DNA from: Clostridia bacterium
Lineage (GTDB): Bacteria; Bacillota; Clostridia; Oscillospirales; CAG-272
Direction of reading: 5' to 3'
DNA: 45,031 nucleotides
Assembly (NCBI GenBank): GCA_017624395.1
Contig: JAGANE010000071.1
Location: forward strand, 1 to 45,031
Shown: positions 1 through 8,169 of the stretch, piece by piece
How positions within the stretch are numbered: position 1 is the first letter of the stretch
How the letters are laid out: every line of letters begins with the position of its first letter
The notes under the pieces: generated by a model
The model's database searches: none
What the model was told of the DNA's origin: nothing
The model's input: the letters and a program-made list of their open reading frames with translations, nothing else
Position numbers and translations under genes: made by a program

Positions 1-105
1 AACCCTGCCACCTCTCCCGAAAAAGTTACTCTTGCCATGGCAATTGTTACCCTGCAAAATCATGCTTCAGCGATTTTGCACGAAAAGGCTATAGAATACG
101 GATAA
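1..105 (+). CDS. possible 3' end of a CDS cut by the window edge (last 34 codons ...ILHEKAIEYG, stop TAA 103-105); product unknown
   Basis: Frame 1 is open from base 1 to TAA at 103-105. It is too short for any family call and no start is visible. Confidence 0.2.
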   Translation, partial: NPATSPEKVTLAMAIVTLQNHASAILHEKAIEYG

Positions 106-222
106 CCCAAAACGATTGCATCAAGGATAAACTTTCACCCTTGATAGAAAAGAGTGGGAATACGTGTGTCCTTCTTTGAAAGGAGGGTCACAATCAAAAA
201 TGCAGTGAAAGTTTTGAAGATT

Positions 223-253
223 CTTAAGAAACTTTTTCAAAAAGTTTCTTAAG
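223..253. terminator. perfect palindrome CTTAAGAAACTTTTT-c-AAAAAGTTTCTTAAG; hairpin or possible bidirectional terminator downstream of alr
   Basis: 15-nt perfectly complementary arms read directly, 32 nt beyond the alr stop (286-288). There is no flanking U-tract (T/A runs lie inside the stem), so a protein-binding dyad is an alternative. Confidence 0.4.
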
Positions 254-285
254 CCGCCGGAGGCAAAAACCGCATCCCCTACGTT

Positions 286-1494
286 CTACTCACCGACATA
301 GCAGCGAGTGACGCGAGAGGAGATGAGGCAGAGGCACTCATAGTCGATGGTAGCGGCGCGGTCGGCGTAGGCGTAAAGCTCCTTGGGATCATTTCCAAAC
401 AGCGTCACGACGTCGCCCGGTCGCGCGCCCGTATCCGTCACGTCGATCATACACTGATCCATGCAGATGCGACCGACAATGGGAACCGCGCAGGGGCCGT
501 CCTGCGTATGCACGGTTACAAAGGAGCCGCTATACGCCCGCAAGAATCCGTCGGCATAGCCAATGGGCATGGTAGCGATCAAGCGCTCGGTCTCGGCGGT
601 ATAGGTGCCACCGTAGCTCACCGCCTCCCCGGGTTGCAGCTTGTGAAGATGCGAGATCACGGTTTTCAGCTTCATCACGGGCTTGAGCGGAAGCTCGATA
701 TAATCGGAGGGACGGGCGCCAAACAGAAGAATTCCCACACGCACGCCGTCCATACGATCGGCGGCACGCCGCACCGATGCGGCACTGTTACAGGCATGAT
801 GAAAGGGAATTTGAATGCCCCTTGTCTCCAGCCCGCAGCGAACCGCGTGATAGCGCTCGGATTGCTGATCGGTGCGCCAATTTCCTTCTCCGTCGGGTGC
901 TTCGTCGGCACGCGCAAAATGTGTAAACATACCCTCGATCAAAAGATTGGAAAAGCGATGCACGCGCGAGATCGCCGCAACGGTGGCGGCAATTTCATCG
1001 GCAGTATGCGCCACAAAGCCAATACGGTTCATGCCCGTGTCAAGCGCCACGTGCGTGCGCAACGACACGTTTGCATCGTGGGCGGCGGCGTTGAGCTTGA
1101 CGGCATAATCCTCGGAGAGCAGGGTTTGAATGATGTTAAAGCGCGCGAGCTGAGAGGCAAGCGAGGGGTGAGTGTAGCCAAGGATGAGAATGTCGGCTTT
1201 TTTGCTCTCACCGTCACAAACACCTCGCACGGCAACCGCCTCGTCGATGCAGGAGACGGCAAAAAAGTCACAGCCCTCGGAAAGCAACGTCCGCACGCAT
1301 TCGGGCGCGCCGTGACCGTATGCCTCTGCCTTGACCACGGCAATCAGACGCGTGTTGGTGTCGGAGGCACAAAAGGTATCACGCAACAACAGATAATTGG
1401 AGCGCAGGGCACTGAGATCGATCTCCGCCCAGGTTTTTCGTTGCTCCAGCTCGGTCAAAGAGGAATATAGCTTGTAGATCCGTTCCGTTCCCAT
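286..1494 (-). CDS. alr: alanine racemase (PLP-dependent)
   Basis: 402-aa ORF. It has the N-terminal PLP-lysine motif AVVKAEAYGHGA, typical length and typical C-terminal domain. RBS GAAAGGGGG lies upstream of the ATG at 1494. Confidence 0.9.
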   Translation of the reverse strand: MGTERIYKLYSSLTELEQRKTWAEIDLSALRSNYLLLRDTFCASDTNTRLIAVVKAEAYGHGAPECVRTLLSEGCDFFAVSCIDEAVAVRGVCDGESKKADILILGYTHPSLASQLARFNIIQTLLSEDYAVKLNAAAHDANVSLRTHVALDTGMNRIGFVAHTADEIAATVAAISRVHRFSNLLIEGMFTHFARADEAPDGEGNWRTDQQSERYHAVRCGLETRGIQIPFHHACNSAASVRRAADRMDGVRVGILLFGARPSDYIELPLKPVMKLKTVISHLHKLQPGEAVSYGGTYTAETERLIATMPIGYADGFLRAYSGSFVTVHTQDGPCAVPIVGRICMDQCMIDVTDTGARPGDVVTLFGNDPKELYAYADRAATIDYECLCLISSRVTRCYVGE

Positions 1495-1599
1495 CGCCCC
1501 CTTTCTTCATGGCACTCATCGGATAAAAATTGCGATTTTTTGCAAACGGTCATATTCCTTTCTATTATACCACAACAAGACAAATATTGCAATGCTTTT

Positions 1600-1628
1600 T
1601 TGACACATAAACAAAAATTTTTTATCAT
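1600..1628 (+). promoter_or_regulatory. candidate sigma-A promoter TTGACA-N17-TATCAT for the downstream lipoprotein gene
   Basis: TTGACA at 1600-1605, 17-nt spacer, TATCAT at 1623-1628, about 58 nt upstream of the ATG at 1686, in an AT-rich divergent intergenic region. Confidence 0.4.
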
Positions 1629-1685
1629 ATGATAAAGAGAAACCTTTTACAAAGTAAAAATCCGACAAAGAAGGGAATCCACGAC

Positions 1686-2198
1686 ATGAAACGCGTCATA
1701 TATTGCTTTTTTGTTTTGTTACTGTGTCCTGCCTTGATTTGCGGTTGCAGAAGCGATCCGCCCAAAAGATGCGATGCGCTCACGCTCCCGTTTTCGGCAG
1801 AGATCGAGGGGGAATTGCACGGCACCCCGTTTACGGCAAAGATCACGGGAGAGGGGCAGGACGGGGCGTTTTGCATTGAGTATCTTTCTCCCACCGTTCT
1901 TTCGGACATCAGAATTGCCGTACAGATCGCTCCCGACGGCATGCCAAGCAGCGAGGCAACACTCACGCGGGGAACTCTTGCTATCACACCAAATGCCGAG
2001 ACGGTAAAGGGCTTGCTTCTCCCCTTGACGTCGCTCGTTTCCCTTGCAAGCGTCGAAGCCGCTACCCTGCGGCGGAATGACGACGGATACTTATTCACCT
2101 TTGCGGACGGCTCCACCCTGATTACTGATCAAAACGGGATCCCCAAAAGCCTTTCGGCAAAAGACGTCACCTACAAAATCATATGGTGGGAGAGGTGA
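1686..2198 (+). CDS. small putative lipoprotein, function unknown
   Basis: I prefer the internal ATG at 1686 within ORF 1629-2198. It gives MKRVIYCFFVLLLCPALICGC, a signal peptide with a lipobox-like LICGC. Confidence 0.65.
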   Translation: MKRVIYCFFVLLLCPALICGCRSDPPKRCDALTLPFSAEIEGELHGTPFTAKITGEGQDGAFCIEYLSPTVLSDIRIAVQIAPDGMPSSEATLTRGTLAITPNAETVKGLLLPLTSLVSLASVEAATLRRNDDGYLFTFADGSTLITDQNGIPKSLSAKDVTYKIIWWER

Positions 2199-2215
2199 TT
2201 TTGTGCAGAGACGGC

Positions 2216-2239
2216 AAAAAGCCCCGCGCAAGGCGGGGC
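2216..2239 (-). terminator. rho-independent terminator of the MerR operon (minus strand)
   Basis: GCCCCGC-gcaag-GCGGGGC stem-loop (2221-2239). On the minus strand it is followed by T5 (the A-run 2216-2220 on plus). It sits 17 nt beyond the stop of ORF 2256-2696. Confidence 0.7.
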
Positions 2240-2255
2240 GGAGAAATTACGGTTT

Positions 2256-2696
2256 TCATTTTCCAAGCTCTTCTTTTTTCTCTTGCTCACGGCGTTCTTT
2301 TTCTTCAAAATCCATGCGATCATGGATCTTTCTTTTGTTTTTGAAACGGTAGATCAAAAGACCTCCAAGCAATCCGAAAAGATAGATCAAGACCGAAAGC
2401 GCCTTTATGAGTGACGGAAAGAAAAGAATAAAAGGGATCATAAACGGAACGGTACGCAATAGAAAATTTGCTCCGCTTTCCATCATGCCGTTTTCTTCAT
2501 CTGCGGTGAGATTTGACCTGTGCATGGTTCGAAAGCCATTTTCGATTTTTTCATTTTTGAAAACGTGTGCTTGAAAGATCATCAATGTGATCAAAAACAG
2601 CGGAACAATCGACATTGCGGAAATATTGATGCTTTTGTAAAAGATCAACGCAGCCACAATATTTGCAACAACGGTGATACAAAAGTATGTGAGCAT
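2256..2696 (-). CDS. 4-TM small membrane protein with a charged C-terminal tail, function unknown
   Basis: 146-aa ORF with four hydrophobic segments and the tail KERREQEKKEELGK. It starts 2 nt after the upstream ORF and has low GC like its operon partners. Confidence 0.65.
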   Translation of the reverse strand: MLTYFCITVVANIVAALIFYKSINISAMSIVPLFLITLMIFQAHVFKNEKIENGFRTMHRSNLTADEENGMMESGANFLLRTVPFMIPFILFFPSLIKALSVLIYLFGLLGGLLIYRFKNKRKIHDRMDFEEKERREQEKKEELGK

Positions 2697-2698
2697 AG

Positions 2699-3034
2699 TT
2701 ACTCCTCCATTTTACCAAAGGGTTTGCAGAAGCCTTTCTCGCCGCATTGAGGACATTTAAAAACCCGACTGTCATCCATATGAACGGATACTGCGGCTTT
2801 CCACCATTTTGGATAAAACGTTTGATTGCATTTGGAACAAACGTATTTTTTTGACGCAATATAGCTTCCTGCGGCGATCCAAATCATCATTGACAAAATA
2901 ACAGTCGGTATAGCAATCACCCACCAAGGCACGTCGTAATGCTTGTCAAACCAATTCACCTGACAAGAGGACAGCGATAAAATGCTCCACCCGAGCAAAA
3001 GCATTGCGACAATTCTTTTCTTTTTCATTTCCAT
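2699..3034 (-). CDS. membrane-anchored zinc-ribbon protein (CxxC-x22-CxxC) with a lipobox-like signal peptide
   Basis: 111 aa. It contains MEMKKKRIVAMLLLGWSILSLSSC, a second hydrophobic helix, then CSKC...CPQC. Its start overlaps the MerR gene end by 10 nt. Confidence 0.65.
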   Translation of the reverse strand: MEMKKKRIVAMLLLGWSILSLSSCQVNWFDKHYDVPWWVIAIPTVILSMMIWIAAGSYIASKKYVCSKCNQTFYPKWWKAAVSVHMDDSRVFKCPQCGEKGFCKPFGKMEE

Positions 3035-3729
3035 CCTCCAACATTCGTATCATAATATCCGAGCCAAAGACCGTCAATCTTGCCTCCGTAAAAAAAGACC
3101 GTAATCTTAAGACCAAGCCTTGAATATTTTAAAAAACAGTATTGTTTGTTTGGAAGCTTTTCGTCAGAGCAGAATTTTTCAAGCGACAAAAAATTCCCCA
3201 GCGGCAAAAGGGTATCTTTTCGCACCTGCGCATAAACGTCCTTTGGCATATATTGTATCAGACGGGGACTCAAATGCCGATAAAGGCGATCAACGTCGCC
3301 GCTCACAACTGCTTCTGCACAATCCCGCAGGATCTGTTTTTCTTCGGTTTCATCCTCAGGCACCCGCCCACCGTCAAATATGGGTTTCCCACATTCAAGA
3401 GCAGAAAGTGCTTCGTTTAACAAATTCAGCTCTCGGAGATAGGTATCCATCCGTGCGTAGATCTCAGCCCGCCTTGACAATACCGCATTTTTCAAGTCGT
3501 TCTCCTCCGCCTGCAGCTCTGTAATCGAATGGATCGATAGTCCAAGGGTACGCAATACAAAAACGTTTTTGATCCTTGCGAGCTGATCCTCGGTATATCG
3601 ACGTCTTGCCGAGGTTCCGAGCGTGGTACTTTGTATGATCCCTTTTTCTTCATAAAAACGAAGCGTTCTTGAGGTGGTACCAAGCAGACGACACACCTCT
3701 GTAATGTCATAGAAACGCTCTTGATCCAT
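3025..3729 (-). CDS. MerR-family transcriptional regulator with an about 120-aa C-terminal putative sensor domain
   Basis: N-terminus YDITEVCRLLGTTSRTLRFYEEKGII...RRYTEDQLARIKNVFVLRTLGLSI is the canonical MerR wHTH plus the start of the coiled coil. Confidence 0.9.
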   Translation of the reverse strand: MDQERFYDITEVCRLLGTTSRTLRFYEEKGIIQSTTLGTSARRRYTEDQLARIKNVFVLRTLGLSIHSITELQAEENDLKNAVLSRRAEIYARMDTYLRELNLLNEALSALECGKPIFDGGRVPEDETEEKQILRDCAEAVVSGDVDRLYRHLSPRLIQYMPKDVYAQVRKDTLLPLGNFLSLEKFCSDEKLPNKQYCFLKYSRLGLKITVFFYGGKIDGLWLGYYDTNVGGWK

Positions 3730-3750
3730 GTCATCGCCCCCTTTTTCTAT

Positions 3751-3785
3751 ATTATACCACTTGACGCAGGGTCAATGTCAAGTGG
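3751..3785 (-). promoter_or_regulatory. MerR-type promoter/operator: TTGACA-N19-TATAAT with dyads in and over the spacer
   Basis: On the minus strand the -35 TTGACA is at 3776-3781, the spacer is 19 nt (3757-3775) and the -10 TATAAT is at 3751-3756. Dyad CCACTTGAC-N11-GTCAAGTGG spans 3757-3785. A nested dyad TTGAC-N5-GTCAA spans 3761-3775. The ATG is at 3729. Confidence 0.6.
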
Positions 3786-3878
3786 TTTTATGATTTTTGG
3801 GGCAGAAATCCCCCAAACGACAAATAACGTCATTTGGGGGAGGAGGATGCTGCTATGAATTGTATTTTTCCAAAATCA

Positions 3879-4886
3879 CTATACGTGATCGGTATTTTCC
3901 AAAATCAGGCGCAGAAAGAGAAGCTCGCCCGTAGCGTGGAGCAGGGAGGAAAAGGTCGCCGGGATCATCGGTGCCTCAAGGGAAAGTGTCCGCTCCCCCA
4001 AATCGATGTCAAATGACCGAAACGCCTCATGCTCCAAAAACGCCAGCTCCAACAAAGGCTCCCATTTGCCCGACCGCCGCCCAAGCTTTTTGGCACCGCG
4101 CGGGTCATTTTTGTCCTTGCCTGTTTCACTGTTTTCCAACGGGTGATTCCTTGCGGTATAATCCAACCGACACAAAAAGTTGTTATGAAGCACCGAATTC
4201 CCCTCTGCCGTTGCCAAAACGGGATGGTTCTGCCGCCGCAGGGTGATCAGACTGCAAAGCAAAAATGCCGAAAGACGTGCAGAATCCGCCGCGCAAAGGG
4301 CAGGGAACTCCACGGGAAGTGCCTCGCAAGACACGCGGCAGCCCACAAAAGCTCCGATCAAAAGCACACGTGTCATCAGTCCAAGGGTATAGTCGGTGGA
4401 AAAAATCCGATCCAAATAAAAAAACAACTCGGAAAGATGCCCGATTACATCGTCAATCGGATGCGCAACCGCCTGCAACGCCTCGGCAGGAAAGGGGGAA
4501 ATCGCAATGTCCTCGCGCCGCATCAAGCCCAATGCCTGCATCAACACGCCGCGTGATTCGGGAAGTGCCACGGCAAGGAGAAGCCCCGTCTCCGAGAGCC
4601 AATCGCAAAAGACCAATACCTCCCCAAGGCTACCGTGAAGCAATAGGCGCCGACGCGTCTCCAATGTATTCATAAAATAGCTTTTCTCGTCTCGGTCGAT
4701 CCCAAATGCCGAAAAAAGATCGCTTTCAAGACCAATCTCAAAGCTGTGGCGGACAAGCACCCGATAGCCGTGCAATGCATCGATCACAGCAATCCTTTCC
4801 ATACACAAACGCTCCGAGCGTCCGTCCTTTCCTTCAAAAAACGCTCTTTCTGGAACGTAACCGTTCATCGGTAGTTGAAAATCCAT
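3879..4886 (-). CDS. hypothetical cytoplasmic protein (335 aa), no recognisable family
   Basis: Long ORF with host-like codon bias. RBS AAAAGGGGA lies 6 nt upstream of the ATG at 4886. I recognised no motifs. Confidence 0.6.
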   Translation of the reverse strand: MDFQLPMNGYVPERAFFEGKDGRSERLCMERIAVIDALHGYRVLVRHSFEIGLESDLFSAFGIDRDEKSYFMNTLETRRRLLLHGSLGEVLVFCDWLSETGLLLAVALPESRGVLMQALGLMRREDIAISPFPAEALQAVAHPIDDVIGHLSELFFYLDRIFSTDYTLGLMTRVLLIGAFVGCRVSCEALPVEFPALCAADSARLSAFLLCSLITLRRQNHPVLATAEGNSVLHNNFLCRLDYTARNHPLENSETGKDKNDPRGAKKLGRRSGKWEPLLELAFLEHEAFRSFDIDLGERTLSLEAPMIPATFSSLLHATGELLFLRLILENTDHV

Positions 4887-4911
4887 AAAAATCCCCTTTT
4901 ATCAAAACATC

Positions 4912-4947
4912 AAAAAGAGAAGTCGCAAAACCCACCGCGACTTCTCT
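4912..4947 (-). terminator. rho-independent terminator after ddh
   Basis: 11-bp stem AGAGAAGTCGC/GCGACTTCTCT (4916-4926 / 4937-4947) with a 10-nt loop. A T-run follows on the minus strand, 17 nt beyond the ddh stop. Confidence 0.65.
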
Positions 4948-4963
4948 TTATTTGCAATTTCTT

Positions 4964-5950
4964 TCAAAGCAGTTCCCTGATCAGCTCCTCGGCAGAGCGT
5001 GGGGAAAGATAGGCGGGCGGCACGTCCAAAACCGTTTTACAGCCAACAGTTCCCTCCGTGTGCATACGGTGTGTTGCGCGCGCAAAGGCAACAATGACGG
5101 AGGCGGTAAATTCGGGGTTGGAATCCAGCTTCAGGCTGTATTCGATCACATGACGGTGCTCCAAGGCGGCACCCGTTTTTCCGCTGCGGATCACCACACC
5201 GCCGTGGGGGATCCCGCTATGATCGTGCTTCAGCTCCTCGGCGCTGATAAAATGCACCGTGGTATCGTAATCGGCAAAATAATTGGGCATTTCCTTGATC
5301 TCTCGTTCGATCCTTGCCAGATCAGCGCCCTCTGCCGCCACAACGTAGCATTCGCGTGTGTGCTTTTGTCGCGTTGTCAAAACAGGCTCGGTCCCGCTCC
5401 GCACGGCATTCATTGCCTCCTCTACGGGAACGGTATATTGCTTGGCATCCAAAACGCCCTCAATGCGACGAATGGCATCGGAATGTCCCTGGCTCACACC
5501 CTTGCCCCAAAAGGTATAGTCCTTGCCGTTGGGCAGAATGGCGCCTGCGTAAAAGCGGTTGAGCGAGAACATTCCGGGATCCCACCCCACCGAGATCATC
5601 GCGGTGGTTCCTGCCGCACGAGCCGCCGCATCCACACGGGCAAGATGCTCGGGGATCCTTGCATGGGTGTCAAAGCTATCCACCACACAAAAAAGCTTTG
5701 CAAGCGCGGGCGTTTGCTCGGGAAGATCGGTAGCACTGCCGCCACACAGGATCATGACGTCGATCCTCCCTACAAAATGCTCCGCCTCGCTCACGTGGCA
5801 GACCGCCGCCCCTTTGGTGGCGATCCTCAGCTGTGTGGGATCGCGCCGTGTAAAGACGGCAACAAGCTCCATGTCGGAATTTTGGCGAATGGCATTTTCA
5901 ATGCCCTTGCCGAGATTTCCGTATCCGTAAATACCGATTCTGATCTTCAT
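4964..5950 (-). CDS. ddh: meso-diaminopimelate D-dehydrogenase
   Basis: 328 aa. The N-terminal Rossmann motif MKIRIGIYGYGNLGKG and the overall length and pattern match Ddh (compare C. glutamicum IRVAIVGYGNLGR). Confidence 0.85.
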   Translation of the reverse strand: MKIRIGIYGYGNLGKGIENAIRQNSDMELVAVFTRRDPTQLRIATKGAAVCHVSEAEHFVGRIDVMILCGGSATDLPEQTPALAKLFCVVDSFDTHARIPEHLARVDAAARAAGTTAMISVGWDPGMFSLNRFYAGAILPNGKDYTFWGKGVSQGHSDAIRRIEGVLDAKQYTVPVEEAMNAVRSGTEPVLTTRQKHTRECYVVAAEGADLARIEREIKEMPNYFADYDTTVHFISAEELKHDHSGIPHGGVVIRSGKTGAALEHRHVIEYSLKLDSNPEFTASVIVAFARATHRMHTEGTVGCKTVLDVPPAYLSPRSAEELIRELL

Positions 5951-5999
5951 AAGCTACCTCCAACCCCTCCTTGCAAGGGTTTTGTTCCATACACCCCAT

Positions 6000-6028
6000 A
6001 TTATAGCACAACCGTTTTTTGATTTCAA
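6000..6028 (-). promoter_or_regulatory. sigma-A promoter of ddh: TTGAAA-N17-TGcTATAAT
   Basis: On the minus strand the -35 is at 6023-6028, the spacer is 17 nt and the extended -10 TGcTATAAT has TATAAT at 6000-5. The leader to the ATG at 5950 is about 45 nt. Confidence 0.6.
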
Positions 6029-6124
6029 GGGGGAAGCAAAAACTTCCTTGCTTTGCCGAAGTAAAATTTTAAAATTCGTTTTTTTTGCCGAGTTCCTAAG
6101 GTTCGGCGGTTTTTGCCTTGCGTG

Positions 6125-6175
6125 GTTAGCGAATGCTAACTCATTTTTGGACTGCAATGGTTAGCAATTGCTAAC
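6125..6175. promoter_or_regulatory. two copies of a 16-bp palindrome GTTAGC-N4-GCTAAC (35 bp apart); candidate operator pair or twin mini-hairpins
   Basis: GTTAGCGAATGCTAAC at 6125-6140 and the perfect palindrome GTTAGCAATTGCTAAC at 6160-6175. Both are preceded by TG and followed by T-rich sequence. They lie 100-150 bp upstream of the ddh promoter. Confidence 0.4.
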
Positions 6176-6204
6176 TTTTGAAAAAGCCGCAGTTTTTACA
6201 GCTC

Positions 6205-6228
6205 AAAAACCCCCTGCGGCGCGCAGGG
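6205..6228 (-). terminator. rho-independent terminator of the 632-aa gene
   Basis: CCCTGCG-gcg-CGCAGGG (6212-6228), followed on the minus strand by GGTTTTT (6205-6211). It sits 43 nt beyond the stop at 6271. Confidence 0.55.
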
Positions 6229-6270
6229 TTGCGCACCACAGGGGCTTTAACGCGATCAATGTAACACTTT

Positions 6271-8169
6271 TTATTTTTTTATCGTCATTGTACCATTCTC
6301 CACATTTGCCTCGCGGTATGTGCGCTTTTGCTGATCGGTCAGTTCGTAGGCAGCATCAATTTGAATGGTATTATTGGTTATATTATAACTCATCAAAACG
6401 TAGAACTCATACTCCTCAATATATACGTAGGTTTTTACAACTCTCGTGCCGCTACTCGTATATTTTAGATATTTGACGTATGCGTCATAACTCTCCTGCA
6501 CCTCTTTCATTGCCTTTTCTTTTTGCAAAAGAATTTTATCGTCGGAGGTGACGATGATACCGAGATAAGAGGAGATGGGGGCACCGATCCATTCCTCTGC
6601 AACGGCATCCAAACCGTCAATAGGAAGCTTCCAGAAAAATTTTTTCAAGTCCTCGACTTTCATTTTCAAAAGCGGCTGATGCTCGGGCTTGGAAATATTT
6701 GGCTTTTTATCGGTCTTTTCGGCAGAAATTGAAAAGATTGCGTTGTCTATGTTGGTATCCCCACTCTTGATTGATGCAATTGAAAATTCAAATTGCTGCT
6801 TTCGGGCGTTCAACTCAAATGCTCCGCGAATTTCGGTTGTTTCCTCGCTCTCCGAATCGGTGATCTCCAAGTGATATTCGCATTCATCCTTGTCGTAAAC
6901 CAGATACAACTCGCTTGTACCTTCCTTTGTCACCGTATTCTTTTCTTCAAGTCTGTTTTCGTAATTGATACGACCGCGCAGTCCGATCTTATCCTTCTCA
7001 ATTTCCTTACGGTACTCCATATTGGAGGTTTCCACCGAGGTAAACGCCTTTCCTGCTGTCTTTTCAATCAGCTTCGCATCAAAACCAAGATCGTCCTCGT
7101 CATACACAAAAGAGATTTCCAACGCAAAGGAATCGGTTTTTTCCAAATCGTTTTCCCAGCTCGCCTGAATGTTAATCGTATCCAGCTTGCCGCCCGCAAC
7201 GGTATAAACCACCAAAAGGGAAGTACTGTCGAGCCGATCGTCATGCTCCTTCAGCCAATCGGAAAGCGTTAGCTTTTCCGCTTCTCCCGTGGCTTCGTCA
7301 ACCTCGCCGTGAAAGGTAATGATATGATCCAGACGCTCGTTATCCTCCGCTTCGTCAATCGCGCATTTTACGATTTTATCCAACGCCTCGCCGTCAAGCT
7401 CGATCTTCACCTTTTTATAAAGACCGAAGCCGTCCTTGCGAAAGCCAAACGTTGTAGTCGTTTTCGCCTGCTTTTCGATCTCCTTGACGAAATTGTCTAT
7501 TGATTTTTCCATTTCCTCGTCGCTCTCGGTCACCTCGGTATCCAGCGACTCCAAATAAGCAACAAGCTCGTCGTATGCATCCTCATCCATCGCCAACAGT
7601 GTGTCGCTGTTCGGGTGCAGGGGAGATTCCTTTAACGCTGCGCTCACGCCCTTTCGGGGCAGGCTGACGTATTGCTCCTTGTCCTCGCAAAGCCCCTTGA
7701 CGGCAATGATTTCGTTGTCGTAATATACAGTGCAGGCAAGCTCCTGCTCACCGGCCCCCAAAGTCACGGTAAAGGTGCCAACCTCCCGCTCGTCCGCGCC
7801 AATCGCACTTCCATCCATCTTTACGGTCAGATCGGTTCTCAATCCCTGCATCACGCTTTGGGGAACACGTCCGCTTGCTTTAACGTTAACGCCCGATTTT
7901 TCAAAGTCGGTCAACAGCGTTTCCACCGCATCGACGTCAAAGAAGATCGCGTCAACTGTGTTTTCCACGGGATCACCAAAAAGAACGGGTACAAACAAGA
8001 TCGCCGCAACCGCAAGCGCCACCACAACGAGCCCGCCGATCCCACCGAGAATCAACCCTAACCAAAATCCGCGTTTCTTTTTTGGCGTCTTATCGCCTGT
8101 TTCAAACTGAAATTCGTTTTTCGCTGTGCCGTTGTTTTCCTCCGGAATCCATTGATTGTTTTGATCCAT
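6271..8169 (-). CDS. type-II membrane-anchored protein with a large acidic ectodomain, function unknown (low-GC outlier)
   Basis: 632 aa with a single N-terminal TM (FWLGLILGGIGGLVVVALAVAAILFVPVLF) after a short cytoplasmic head. The remainder is E/D/K-rich. GC content and codon usage are clearly lower than in the neighbouring genes. Confidence 0.75.
   Translation of the reverse strand: MDQNNQWIPEENNGTAKNEFQFETGDKTPKKKRGFWLGLILGGIGGLVVVALAVAAILFVPVLFGDPVENTVDAIFFDVDAVETLLTDFEKSGVNVKASGRVPQSVMQGLRTDLTVKMDGSAIGADEREVGTFTVTLGAGEQELACTVYYDNEIIAVKGLCEDKEQYVSLPRKGVSAALKESPLHPNSDTLLAMDEDAYDELVAYLESLDTEVTESDEEMEKSIDNFVKEIEKQAKTTTTFGFRKDGFGLYKKVKIELDGEALDKIVKCAIDEAEDNERLDHIITFHGEVDEATGEAEKLTLSDWLKEHDDRLDSTSLLVVYTVAGGKLDTINIQASWENDLEKTDSFALEISFVYDEDDLGFDAKLIEKTAGKAFTSVETSNMEYRKEIEKDKIGLRGRINYENRLEEKNTVTKEGTSELYLVYDKDECEYHLEITDSESEETTEIRGAFELNARKQQFEFSIASIKSGDTNIDNAIFSISAEKTDKKPNISKPEHQPLLKMKVEDLKKFFWKLPIDGLDAVAEEWIGAPISSYLGIIVTSDDKILLQKEKAMKEVQESYDAYVKYLKYTSSGTRVVKTYVYIEEYEFYVLMSYNITNNTIQIDAAYELTDQQKRTYREANVENGTMTIKK

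Noticed and set aside
508-1470. Plus-strand 320-aa ORF inside alr. Similar shadows: 4952-6022 over ddh, 21373-22671 over moxR, 23858-25417 and 26782-28170 over the vWA genes, 20350-21189 and 19532-20236.
   Set aside because: These are the same codon-aligned antisense artefact. The opposite-strand genes have clear family motifs, and these translations are Arg/Gly/His-rich with no recognisable features.
3834-4016. Small plus-strand ORF (53-60 aa) preceded by a GGAGGAGG string near the 3' end of the 335-aa minus-strand gene.
   Set aside because: It overlaps the better-supported minus-strand gene in antisense. Its product (…GGKGRRDHRCLKGKCPLPQ…) is low-complexity and basic. The purine run is probably fortuitous.
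5951-6204. Possible lysine (L-box) riboswitch or other leader RNA upstream of ddh.
   Set aside because: A consensus extended -10 promoter at 6000-6028 leaves only about 45 nt of leader. I saw no L-box-like conserved core on the minus strand. The upstream hairpins are better explained as terminator or operator elements.
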